From an uncultured Clostridia bacterium (GTDB taxonomy: Bacteria > Bacillota > Clostridia > Christensenellales > UBA1242): DNA of 64,000 bases. The notes under the pieces were generated by a model. It made no database searches. It saw only the letters and a list, made by a program, of their open reading frames with translations, and had not been told where the DNA came from. Positions 39,974 to 49,200 of the stretch are shown here, in pieces. The DNA lies in the NCBI GenBank assembly GCA_948434855.1, contig CAOJFR010000001.1:19629-83628 (forward strand). Direction: 5' to 3'. A program made the position numbers and the translations under genes. The number at the start of each line of letters is the position of its first letter. Position 1 is the stretch's first letter.

Positions 39974-40795
39974 ATGTATAAAATTTTTGATTTACACAAT
40001 GACTATTTTTTAAAGTTAAGGTCAGATTTAAAAAAAGATAAATATATTGCAGGGAGCAAGGCAAATTCAGAGGCAATAATCACAGCACTTTGGACAAGTG
40101 AGCTTTCATGTGATGATTCGCTTCGTCAAATTGAGCTCGCACGAGACTATGTAAACTCGCACAAGGGTCTGTTTTTGGGGGTTGAAGACTTGCATTTTTT
40201 AAGCAAAGAAAACCTAGCGAAGTTTTTATCTTTCAGACCGCTTTATGCTGGCTTAACTTGGAACACTTGCAACTGCATTGCTGGCGGGGCACATGAAAGC
40301 GGAAAATTAACAAGCTTTGGCAGAACAACCATAAAGGCATTAGAGCAAAATAATATAAAGGTTGACACAGCACACCTTAATGAAGACAGCTTTATGGACA
40401 TTTCAAAGGTGTCGCAAAAACCATTATTTTGTTCACATACAGCATTTTATGGCATTCAGCCAAACAGACGCAATTTAAAAGATTATCAGCTTAAAATGAT
40501 TGTTGATTCTGGTGGACTTGTGGGACTTTGCCTTGTTAGTGACTTTATCAATGGTTCGTCACGCTGCTCAGTGACCGATATTGTTAGCCACATAGACTAT
40601 TTTGCTTGCAAGTTTGGCATTAATAATCTTGCACTCGGCACCGATTTTTATGGCACAAGTCATTTGCCAAAATCGTTAAAAAGCTATAAATCGCTTGTTC
40701 AAAACCTCTCAGAAGAGCTAACTAAAAGGGGATATACTGAAAAAAGCATAAATAAAATCTTTTATGAGAATGCAAATGAATTTTTTACAGCATAA
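39974..40795 (+). CDS. M19-family (renal-type) dipeptidase homologue
   Basis: IFDLHNDYF, GLTWNTCN, DTAHLNEDSF, FCSHTAF and LGTDFYG are collinear with the M19 metal-ligand motifs. At 273 aa it is short for the family. Confidence 0.6.
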   Translation: MYKIFDLHNDYFLKLRSDLKKDKYIAGSKANSEAIITALWTSELSCDDSLRQIELARDYVNSHKGLFLGVEDLHFLSKENLAKFLSFRPLYAGLTWNTCNCIAGGAHESGKLTSFGRTTIKALEQNNIKVDTAHLNEDSFMDISKVSQKPLFCSHTAFYGIQPNRRNLKDYQLKMIVDSGGLVGLCLVSDFINGSSRCSVTDIVSHIDYFACKFGINNLALGTDFYGTSHLPKSLKSYKSLVQNLSEELTKRGYTEKSINKIFYENANEFFTA

Positions 40796-40801
40796 AAACT
40801 C

Positions 40802-40830
40802 TTGTTTTTGGCAATAAAATAATGTATAAT
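40802..40830 (+). promoter_or_regulatory. candidate promoter giving a near-leaderless tetR mRNA
   Basis: TTGTTT, a 17-nt spacer, then TATAAT (40825-40830), with the ATG at 40840 only 9 nt later and no SD sequence. Confidence 0.4.
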
Positions 40831-40839
40831 TATTGTGTT

Positions 40840-41427
40840 ATGCAGAGAAAAAAGAATGATGTTAAGTTAAAAATAAAAGAAAGTGCAACAAAACTATTTT
40901 TTGAAACCAAATATATTGATGTTTCTATGCGAGATGTGGCAGAAAAAAGTCAAATGACCGTTGGAAACATATATAGGTATTATGAAAATAAGGAAATTTT
41001 GTTTGATGAAATAGTAAAAACAAGCTATGAGAAAACGATAAAGCTTATAAAAATTTCTGACTTTATTCAAAAATTTATAAAGCCAAGGTCAAGAGTTAAT
41101 GAAAAAACTCTTTATAAGAATACCAGATTTAGAAAACACTTAATTTCAACTATTACAAATCTTATGGTGGAAAATTCAACAGAACTTTATATTTTGCTCA
41201 ATAATAGTGAAGGCAGCAAATATGAAAACATTACAGAGCTTATAACAAAAATGATAAATGACACACTTTTAAAGCGAATGGATATTGACCTAGACAATGC
41301 AGAAATTTATTCTTTTATGATAATTTCAACCCTTAGTTATATCTTAAAAAAATATATTGGAGACAGGGATGTTTTAATTCAAAAAATTGATGTGTTTTTC
41401 AATAAATTATTCGTAAGTTTTTTGTAA
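40840..41427 (+). CDS. TetR/AcrR-family transcriptional regulator
   Basis: The N-terminal HTH is IKESATKLFFETKYIDVSMRDVAEKSQMTVGNIYRYYENKEILF. Confidence 0.8.
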   Translation: MQRKKNDVKLKIKESATKLFFETKYIDVSMRDVAEKSQMTVGNIYRYYENKEILFDEIVKTSYEKTIKLIKISDFIQKFIKPRSRVNEKTLYKNTRFRKHLISTITNLMVENSTELYILLNNSEGSKYENITELITKMINDTLLKRMDIDLDNAEIYSFMIISTLSYILKKYIGDRDVLIQKIDVFFNKLFVSFL

Positions 41428-41468
41428 TTATAAAATCATAACCAAATTTAATTTAATAATTTTTATAT

Positions 41469-41495
41469 AGATATGTTTTCATAACATATCTTTTT
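41469..41495 (+). terminator. intrinsic terminator after the tetR-family gene
   Basis: Hairpin agatatgtt/aacatatct followed by a T-run. Confidence 0.6.
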
Positions 41496-41497
41496 AA

Positions 41498-41516
41498 TTG
41501 CTGAAAATTTCAGCAA
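41498..41516. promoter_or_regulatory. perfect 9-1-9 inverted repeat, candidate TetR operator
   Basis: TTGCTGAAA-a-TTTCAGCAA lies between the tetR gene and the promoter of the giant lipoprotein gene. No T-run follows it. Confidence 0.3.
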
Positions 41517-41553
41517 AAAATTAAAATTTCTTAAAAAATAAAAGTAAACAAAG

Positions 41554-41583
41554 TTGACAAAGTGTTTATTTTTGATGTATAAT
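41554..41583 (+). promoter_or_regulatory. candidate promoter giving a near-leaderless mRNA for the giant lipoprotein gene
   Basis: TTGACA (41554-41559), an 18-nt spacer, then TATAAT (41578-41583), with the ATG at 41592 only 8 nt later and no SD sequence. Confidence 0.45.
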
Positions 41584-41591
41584 GCAGTTAT

Positions 41592-44500
41592 ATGATAAAA
41601 AAGGCACTTTTTGCATCAAAAAAAATAATAGCAGTAATTGCACTCGTATTTTTTGCGGGTATCTTTTTTGTTGCTTGTTCGCCAAAAACAGAAGCAGCCT
41701 ATGAAATTTCTGGCTATGTTTTTGATGAGCTTGGAGACGCCGTTAAAGATGTAGAAATTAAAAGTGACCTTGGAACAGTGCTTACTGACGAAAACGGAAA
41801 ATATACCATTGCTGGTGTTACAAGCAGTTTAATTTTGCAGGCTTCAAAAGAAAATTATCAATTTGCAGAAGTTAGCAAGCTTGTTTCAAAATCAACTGAT
41901 GATGCAAACTTTACTGCATATAAAAATTATACGGTTAGCGGAACTGTCAACAATAATGGCGTGATGGTTTCAAATGCAACAGTAAAAATTGAATCACTAT
42001 CAGGCAAGTTTTATACCACAACAGATTCAGATGGTGTGTTTTATGGCAAAGATGTTGCTGGGAAGGCGATAATTTCATGCTCTAAAGATGGCTATGATTA
42101 TTATCCTGTAACTGCAGATATTGCAAGTCCAAATGTTTCAGTGAATATAACAACCAGTGTTAAAATAAATTTTAAAACAGATGCCGATAACTTTGATTAT
42201 TCTGATATAAAACTTTTTATTAATGATAAGCCACAATTAATCACAGGCAGTGAAGTTGTTTTAACTGATATAAGGTGTAGGTCTGTAATTAGAATTGAGT
42301 CATCAAAATATGTTTTTAACAAAAAGCAATTTGTTGTTAGTTCACTAAATCAGGCTGAAGAAATTTTTGCTAGCGAAATTTATAGCATTTCAGGCAGGGT
42401 AATAAGTGGAAATATTCCGCTTTCTGGAGCAATCGTTTCTGTGGGAAGCAAAACTGTAACCACAAATTCATTTGGAACATTTACAATTCCAGAGCTTATT
42501 GGAGAGAATGTTGTTTCAGCTTCATATTCTGGCTTAAATTTTGAAGATAAAACTGTTAATAACAAGCTTTCTTTGGAAGATATAGAGTTTAATGGAACAA
42601 AAGTCGTTTCTTTAAACTTAAATTATGATGTTGAACTGGCTGAAGATTTAAAAATTTCTGGTGCAAGCTATGAAAAATTGTCAGCAAACAAATATAAACT
42701 TGTTGACGTGGCTCTTGGAACAAACATTCATATTTCATCAGAAAGCTATCATTTGTTAGAGCAAGACTTTGAAATTTCAGATGCTAACACGATTAATATT
42801 TCAGCTTTTGCCAAATATAGTGCAAATGTAAGTGTAAAAGATGGTCTTAGTGCAACAATATTGCTTGACGGCAAACAGACCACCTTAGATCAACTTAATT
42901 TGTTATATGGAACTCATGAGGTTTCAGCAGTTTATGAAAATTATGTGTTTGATAAAGTGAGTGTTGACTTTTATAACAGCAACATAACCTTAAACTATAT
43001 CATTCCATATTCAGTTAGTTTGCATATCTTGTCTGGTGATGTTTTGGTTAAAAACGCATCGGCAAGTGTTAATGGAAAACAAATTCTGTCTGAAAATGGT
43101 GTAATTAAAATAAACAACCTTATAAATGAAAATACAATCACCATTCAAAGTTCTGGCTATGATGTTAAAGAAGTTAAGGTTAGCGCAGCGGGTGACTATG
43201 ACGTTAACTTAACCTATTTTGTTTCAGGTATTGTAAAAACGGGAACTAATCCTGTTGTCGGTGCAAGAGTTTTTGCTGGTGAAAATTCAACAACAACTAA
43301 CGCTAATGGCGAATATTTGCTTTCGGGGTTATCTGGCACAATTATAATAGAGGTTCAGAAAGATCATTACAATTTTTCTGAAGCCTTGGAAGTTTCAAAA
43401 CAAGAAGATGTGTGGTTTAGTGGAAGTTATAATATTTCAGGAACTCTAAGTAATGACACTGGCGTGGTTAGTGGCTTGACGGTTGTGCTTCGCAATGATA
43501 CAACTGCACAAGAGCAGAGGGTTGAGTCTGACGAGAACGGCGCATATAGTTTTGAAAATCTAACAGAATCTTATTTCTTATTCACAATGAAAAATGGTTC
43601 GCTAAGCGAACTTAAGCCAAATTCATACAACATTATTGGTGGTGGAGTTTATGACTTTAACTTAAACGGCTTTGCAGTTTCAGGAAGGGTTGTGAGTGGA
43701 AACATGGCTGTTGCTGGGGCTTATGTAACAGCAGGTGCAAGCAGCACAGTTTCAGATGAAGATGGCTACTTTACTTTTGAACTTTTAACTGAAACTTGTG
43801 AAATTTTTGTTCAAAAAACTGGTTACGATTTTAGTGGCAGCATTGTTGAGGTTTCTGATAATGTTGATGATATAATTATTGATGGAACATATAGTGTTTC
43901 GGGCAAGATTATTATTTCAGGGAATGCAATATCTGACGTAAACATTTATTCTGATGGGGCTTTGCTTGCAACATCAAATGAAGCAGGTGAATTTACTGCT
44001 ATTGGTTTAAGAGGTACTCAAGAGCTAGAATTTTCAAAAGAAGGCTATGTTTTTGAATCTGTTATTGTTTCAGAAACAGGCAACTTAAATATAACCTGCA
44101 AAATTAAAGTGAGCTTGTCAGTATTTAGTGGAAATAATGCAGTTTGTGATGTAAAATATTATATAAATGGCTTGTATGCAGGCATAATTAATGATAGCAA
44201 AACAGAAATTATTGCAAATTTTGGTGATATAATCAGTTTTGAAAAACTAGGATATGTTATTGAAAATGTTACTGTTACAGAGCCAAAAGCCTGTGTTGCC
44301 AGCAGCACATATAGTGTTTCAGGCAAAGTTTTAAGTGCGAATGTTCCAGTTTCTGGCGTAAGCATTTCAGTTTCAGGGCAAACTGTTATAACAAATCAAA
44401 ATGGTGAATTTTCACTTTCAGGGCTTGCCGGAAATATTGTTTTAAGCTTATCAAAAACGGGTTATGATTTTTCACAAAACATACAAATTTCAGGTTATGA

Positions 44501-46208
44501 GGCCAATGTTCAAATTCAGTCAACCTATAGTGTTTCTGGAAAAATTCTTCTTGGCGAAAAAGCAAACTCAGGCGTTGTTATAACTTATAACAACACTCAG
44601 GTTGTTTCAGATAAGGATGGAAATTTTGAAATAAATAATATTTCAGGCAAATATAGTTTATCGTTCCAAAAAGAGGGCTATACGTTTGACCTAATTGAAG
44701 AAAAGTTTGGAACAGACGAAATTTTGGTTGGTTCATATTATATTGTTTCAGGAAGGGTAATGTCTGGAAGTGAACCAGTTTCGTTTGCAGAAGTTGTTGC
44801 AACTATCAGCAACTCATCAAAAACCATTAGTGCTTCTGCTGATGCAAACGGAAACTTCACAATAACAGGCTTAACAGGAAATGCAATTTTAGTTATAACA
44901 AAACAGGGTTATAGTTCTGCACAAATTGCAAACATAAGTGGCTACACATCTGGCGTGAATGTAAACTTAACCTATTCTATCACAATTAGGTTTGACACAG
45001 AGGGAGTTTTGGTTATCCAAAACTCAGATAAAAAATATCAAGTTTCTGGCAAAGAAATTACAATAAGTGAGCTTGAGGGCATTAACACCTTCACCTTTGA
45101 AAAAAAATATACAAAGTTTTCAAGAACAAGCTTAACAGTTAAAGAGCCACCAGAAACAGAGCTTCCAACAATCACAACATCTGTGGCATACAACATTACA
45201 GGAAGCGTTAAAACTGAAGGCGGTGTTGCAGTTGCGGGCATAACTGTTTATGCAGGCAGCACAAGCATATTTACCAAAACAGATAGCAATGGAAACTTTG
45301 CATTTAATTCAGTGGTTGGTGACTTGTTTGTTAAAGACGGCACATATAATTCAAGCAGTCAAAGAATTGATGGTGAAAGGGCATATAACTTTGTTGTTTC
45401 AAACCCAGACTTTGCTTATTGGATATATTCAACAGGTATAAGTAATCTTGATAATGCGGCAAGTGTTCAAATTTTTGGAAACGGAAATGTTGATGCCGGA
45501 GCAGGTGGAACCCAAAAAGTTTATAGCTTGTTTAAGCGAGATAATAAGGGCAACATTATAAAGCAAAACTTAAACTTAGGAAAAGAAGTTTTTGGAATTA
45601 ATCCAACGGTTGCAGTGCTTACAGTTTATGATGCTAGTAATGACACATATAAATATAACAGAAATTCAAATGTAAGTTCAGACATGACTTCAAGATATGA
45701 TTCGCTAAGTTCACAAAGTGCAAATTTCTTTAAGTCAACCTATGGTGCATATCCATATGAATATGGACCATACAATATAACAAAGGACACAATAACAGGC
45801 GTATCAATTTCAACCAATTCAAGCGGAAATTATGTTGTGGACTTCTCGCTAACCCTAAATTCTCAAGACAATTATAAAAAGCAAATTGTTGGGCTTGCAC
45901 CAGGTGGAACAACCTTTAAAGAATTTAAATATTTAAGGCACTCATATGAAATTAGCAAGAGTGGCTGGATTGTTAAACTATATGCTGATGAGCAATATGT
46001 TGTAAATAAGGTTGTAAATGCAACCACAACATCAAAGTTCACATATTATTACAAAACTTATGCAAAAAATCTTAAAATTGATGATTTAAATTTTTCAAAC
46101 AATGACACAATTCAACAATCGCTTAAAGAAAGCAAACAAACAGAAATAGCCGAAAATTCAGTAAATAGCTTTGGCTATGACATTGTAAGCAAAACAATTT
46201 TTGGTTAA
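41592..46208 (+). CDS. giant predicted lipoprotein with at least 11 CarboxypepD_reg-like beta-sandwich repeats and a unique C-terminal domain
   Basis: The signal peptide ends in a lipobox-like FFVAC|S. The repeated pattern is Y.(V/I)SG.V..G..P(V)SGA.V..G....TN..G.F.I.GL.G......K.GY.F. The last 350 aa or so are non-repetitive. Confidence 0.7.
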   Translation: MIKKALFASKKIIAVIALVFFAGIFFVACSPKTEAAYEISGYVFDELGDAVKDVEIKSDLGTVLTDENGKYTIAGVTSSLILQASKENYQFAEVSKLVSKSTDDANFTAYKNYTVSGTVNNNGVMVSNATVKIESLSGKFYTTTDSDGVFYGKDVAGKAIISCSKDGYDYYPVTADIASPNVSVNITTSVKINFKTDADNFDYSDIKLFINDKPQLITGSEVVLTDIRCRSVIRIESSKYVFNKKQFVVSSLNQAEEIFASEIYSISGRVISGNIPLSGAIVSVGSKTVTTNSFGTFTIPELIGENVVSASYSGLNFEDKTVNNKLSLEDIEFNGTKVVSLNLNYDVELAEDLKISGASYEKLSANKYKLVDVALGTNIHISSESYHLLEQDFEISDANTINISAFAKYSANVSVKDGLSATILLDGKQTTLDQLNLLYGTHEVSAVYENYVFDKVSVDFYNSNITLNYIIPYSVSLHILSGDVLVKNASASVNGKQILSENGVIKINNLINENTITIQSSGYDVKEVKVSAAGDYDVNLTYFVSGIVKTGTNPVVGARVFAGENSTTTNANGEYLLSGLSGTIIIEVQKDHYNFSEALEVSKQEDVWFSGSYNISGTLSNDTGVVSGLTVVLRNDTTAQEQRVESDENGAYSFENLTESYFLFTMKNGSLSELKPNSYNIIGGGVYDFNLNGFAVSGRVVSGNMAVAGAYVTAGASSTVSDEDGYFTFELLTETCEIFVQKTGYDFSGSIVEVSDNVDDIIIDGTYSVSGKIIISGNAISDVNIYSDGALLATSNEAGEFTAIGLRGTQELEFSKEGYVFESVIVSETGNLNITCKIKVSLSVFSGNNAVCDVKYYINGLYAGIINDSKTEIIANFGDIISFEKLGYVIENVTVTEPKACVASSTYSVSGKVLSANVPVSGVSISVSGQTVITNQNGEFSLSGLAGNIVLSLSKTGYDFSQNIQISGYEANVQIQSTYSVSGKILLGEKANSGVVITYNNTQVVSDKDGNFEINNISGKYSLSFQKEGYTFDLIEEKFGTDEILVGSYYIVSGRVMSGSEPVSFAEVVATISNSSKTISASADANGNFTITGLTGNAILVITKQGYSSAQIANISGYTSGVNVNLTYSITIRFDTEGVLVIQNSDKKYQVSGKEITISELEGINTFTFEKKYTKFSRTSLTVKEPPETELPTITTSVAYNITGSVKTEGGVAVAGITVYAGSTSIFTKTDSNGNFAFNSVVGDLFVKDGTYNSSSQRIDGERAYNFVVSNPDFAYWIYSTGISNLDNAASVQIFGNGNVDAGAGGTQKVYSLFKRDNKGNIIKQNLNLGKEVFGINPTVAVLTVYDASNDTYKYNRNSNVSSDMTSRYDSLSSQSANFFKSTYGAYPYEYGPYNITKDTITGVSISTNSSGNYVVDFSLTLNSQDNYKKQIVGLAPGGTTFKEFKYLRHSYEISKSGWIVKLYADEQYVVNKVVNATTTSKFTYYYKTYAKNLKIDDLNFSNNDTIQQSLKESKQTEIAENSVNSFGYDIVSKTIFG

Positions 46209-46234
46209 ACAAACGAAAGCAAAAAGGAGTTTTT

Positions 46235-49200
46235 ATGAAAAGTAAAAGATTCTTCAGAATAACTATATTCGGATTAATTGCAGCGCTAATGCTCTGCACT
46301 CCTTTTGCGATGATAAAAAATACAAAATCAAGCTCATATGCAGCAACATCAGCAAATCATTTTACATATAGCGTTCAAGGTCAAGGACAAAAACTTGTTT
46401 TAGACAGCATTGTTCGTGACGGAAACAATGGGGAATATAAATTATATTTATACTCTAATGGTGGCATAGTTACAGACATAAAAAATGCATTTGAAGTTAA
46501 AAAGTCGCATAACTATGTAACAAAGTTTAACACCACAGAAAATGAATTGTCGCTAAGAATAGATAGTGCTTCATCTGCAGTTAACTCAAACTGTCAGTTT
46601 ATTTCAACCATAAACTTTTCAAATAACATAATAATTGCAGCAAATGCAGGCTTTGTAGCAGCAGATGCAAGTGCATTTGTGTCATCAAGCAAAGATGTAT
46701 ATTCATTTTTGGGCTCTGATCCAGCAGAAAGCGTTGAAATGCAGTTTTATATTTACAATTCAAATAACACATCAAGCTCAGTAAATAAAAACACTGGATA
46801 TGAAGTTAGAGAAGATTATAAAGCCTCACCAGACCAACTTTCTATTGGCTCTTCAGAACTTATCAATCTCAGTGCAAACACATTAGAGCTTATTTTTGTT
46901 TCAAGATATAGCAAGGGCGGAATGACCTCAAGCAACAATCTAAAAATTAAACTTCCAGAGCTTGTTTTTAGAACAACAGATTTAATATCACCAAGCTTAG
47001 AACTTTCTGGTGGCAGCGATGTTTGGGCAAAAGAAAGAGTTTTAAGTTTAACTGGCTCAGACAATGAAAGCGGCATATATAAAGTTGAAGTCAGCAAAAA
47101 TGGTGGCGAGTGGGAAACAGCTGTTGATTTTACAGAAAATAATACTGATTTAAACTTAAATAGCACAGGCGATTTTACATTGACAGAGAACGGAACCTAT
47201 CGCTTTAGAGCAGTGGATAATGTTGGAAATGTTTCCGCTGAAACCACATATATAGAAAGCCATATAGACAACATTGCACCAAGCATTGAAGTTGACAATT
47301 TAACAGGCTTTTATAACACTAAAACATTAACCTTTAGTGCAAATATGCTTGCAAATGATAGCTTAAGTCAAAACACATTTAATTATGTTGTTTCAAAAGA
47401 TGCTGCTGTTGTTTATTCATCAGAGCTTGCTGCACAAAACTCGTTTACTGCACCTGAAAATGGAGAATATACAATTTCATTTTATGCAACAGATGAGGCA
47501 GGAAACGCAAGTGCAGAAATTTCATATTCGCTCTATTTTGTGGATATTGACATTGACAATTTCTTTACCACAAATGAAGTATACTTTAACGCAAACATAA
47601 TTGATGGCTTCAGCTATTCTTATGAAATTGTTAAAGATGGCTTAGTAATTTCAAATTCTGCATTTGTCAACGGAAGCAACAGCTTAACGCTTTCAGAAAA
47701 TGGAAAATATAGCTTAACTTTCAATTTTTATGCAAAATCAGCTGAAAATTCATACACAATTTTAAGCAAAAATATTGATATAGATAATTCGCTTTATCAT
47801 GTAACAACTTCTGCAGTTAACGGAACAATTACTCCATCATTCTCATCACCAAGGGCAAGTGGAATGGTTTTAGAGTTTGCTCCAAATGAAGGCTATGAAC
47901 TATATATGCTTTTGGTTAATGGTGAAGCTAAAATAGTTGACCCTGATGCAACTTCTTACATTTATGAACTTGATAAAGATTTAGTGTTTGAGGCAAAATT
48001 TAGAAAAGTCATTTCAGTTTCTGTTTCAGAAAGCTATGTTTATAACTACGGAAATCTTGACTTAATATATGAGTCAGAAATTTCAGAAAAACTAATTAAT
48101 TTTGAAATTTCAGATGCTGAAGGAAATATAATTTCAGATATATCAGCATATCAGTTTGAAGTTGGAACATATTTAGTTTCATATTCAATTAACACTGAAG
48201 AGTTTGGTGGCAGGGGAAGCATAAATATTCAAATTTTGCCAAAAACAGTTTATGTTTCAAACATTGTTTCGGTTTACAAATTCGCTGAAAGTGGCACAAC
48301 TTTCGTGTTTGAGTCATCTGAAAGCCAAGCAAATATTTATGCAAAATTCTATAAAAATGGAGTGCTTTCAGACTTTGCTGAAGCAGGCGAATATAGCTAT
48401 GAATTTGCCACAGATAATAAGAATTTTGTCGTTTCTTGCACTGGCAATGCCGTTATAATTCCAAACATAACCTCTGTTTATGACAATGTTGTGGTTTATG
48501 ATGGAAACGCTCAAACCCTGAAATTTACGGGTAGTATGTCAGACATTACACTTATTTTTGTAGAATATTACATTAATGGTGAGCTTATCACAAACCCAAC
48601 AAATGTCGGAATTTATAATGCAAAGTTTTATTATGCTCCAAGCAGCAATATATATGAAATTGAAACATCTGAAGAGTTTGTTTTAGAAATAACCAAACGC
48701 AGAATTGAAGTTTCAGTTCAAAGCATAGAGCATGAATATGATGGCACAATTCCTGAGCCAAAATATTTAGTAAAAAACATGGCAGATAACGAAAATTATG
48801 ATTTTCAGCTTATTTGTGACCTTAATGTAAATGTCGGAAACTATGAAGTTAAAATTGAAAGAGTTCCAGCTGGCGAGCTTTTAAATTATGAAATTGTTTA
48901 TAATGATGGTTTTGTAAAAATAACCAAGAGGACTTTAACAATTTTGGCAACAGAGGGCTTGACAAAAGAATATTCATCAGTTGACCCAGAGCTAACATAT
49001 AGCTTTGTTGGTGGGCTTCTTGAGGGTGACACATTTAGCTTAACACTCACACGTGAAGCTGGTGAAAATGTTGGATATTATAGCATTTTGGCTAAGGAGT
49101 TTGTGGCAGAAAACTATGAGCTTAACTTCATTTCAACCAAATTCCAAATCACAAAGCGATTAGGCTTTGTAAGCTTAAAAAATTACAGCAAAGTTTATGG

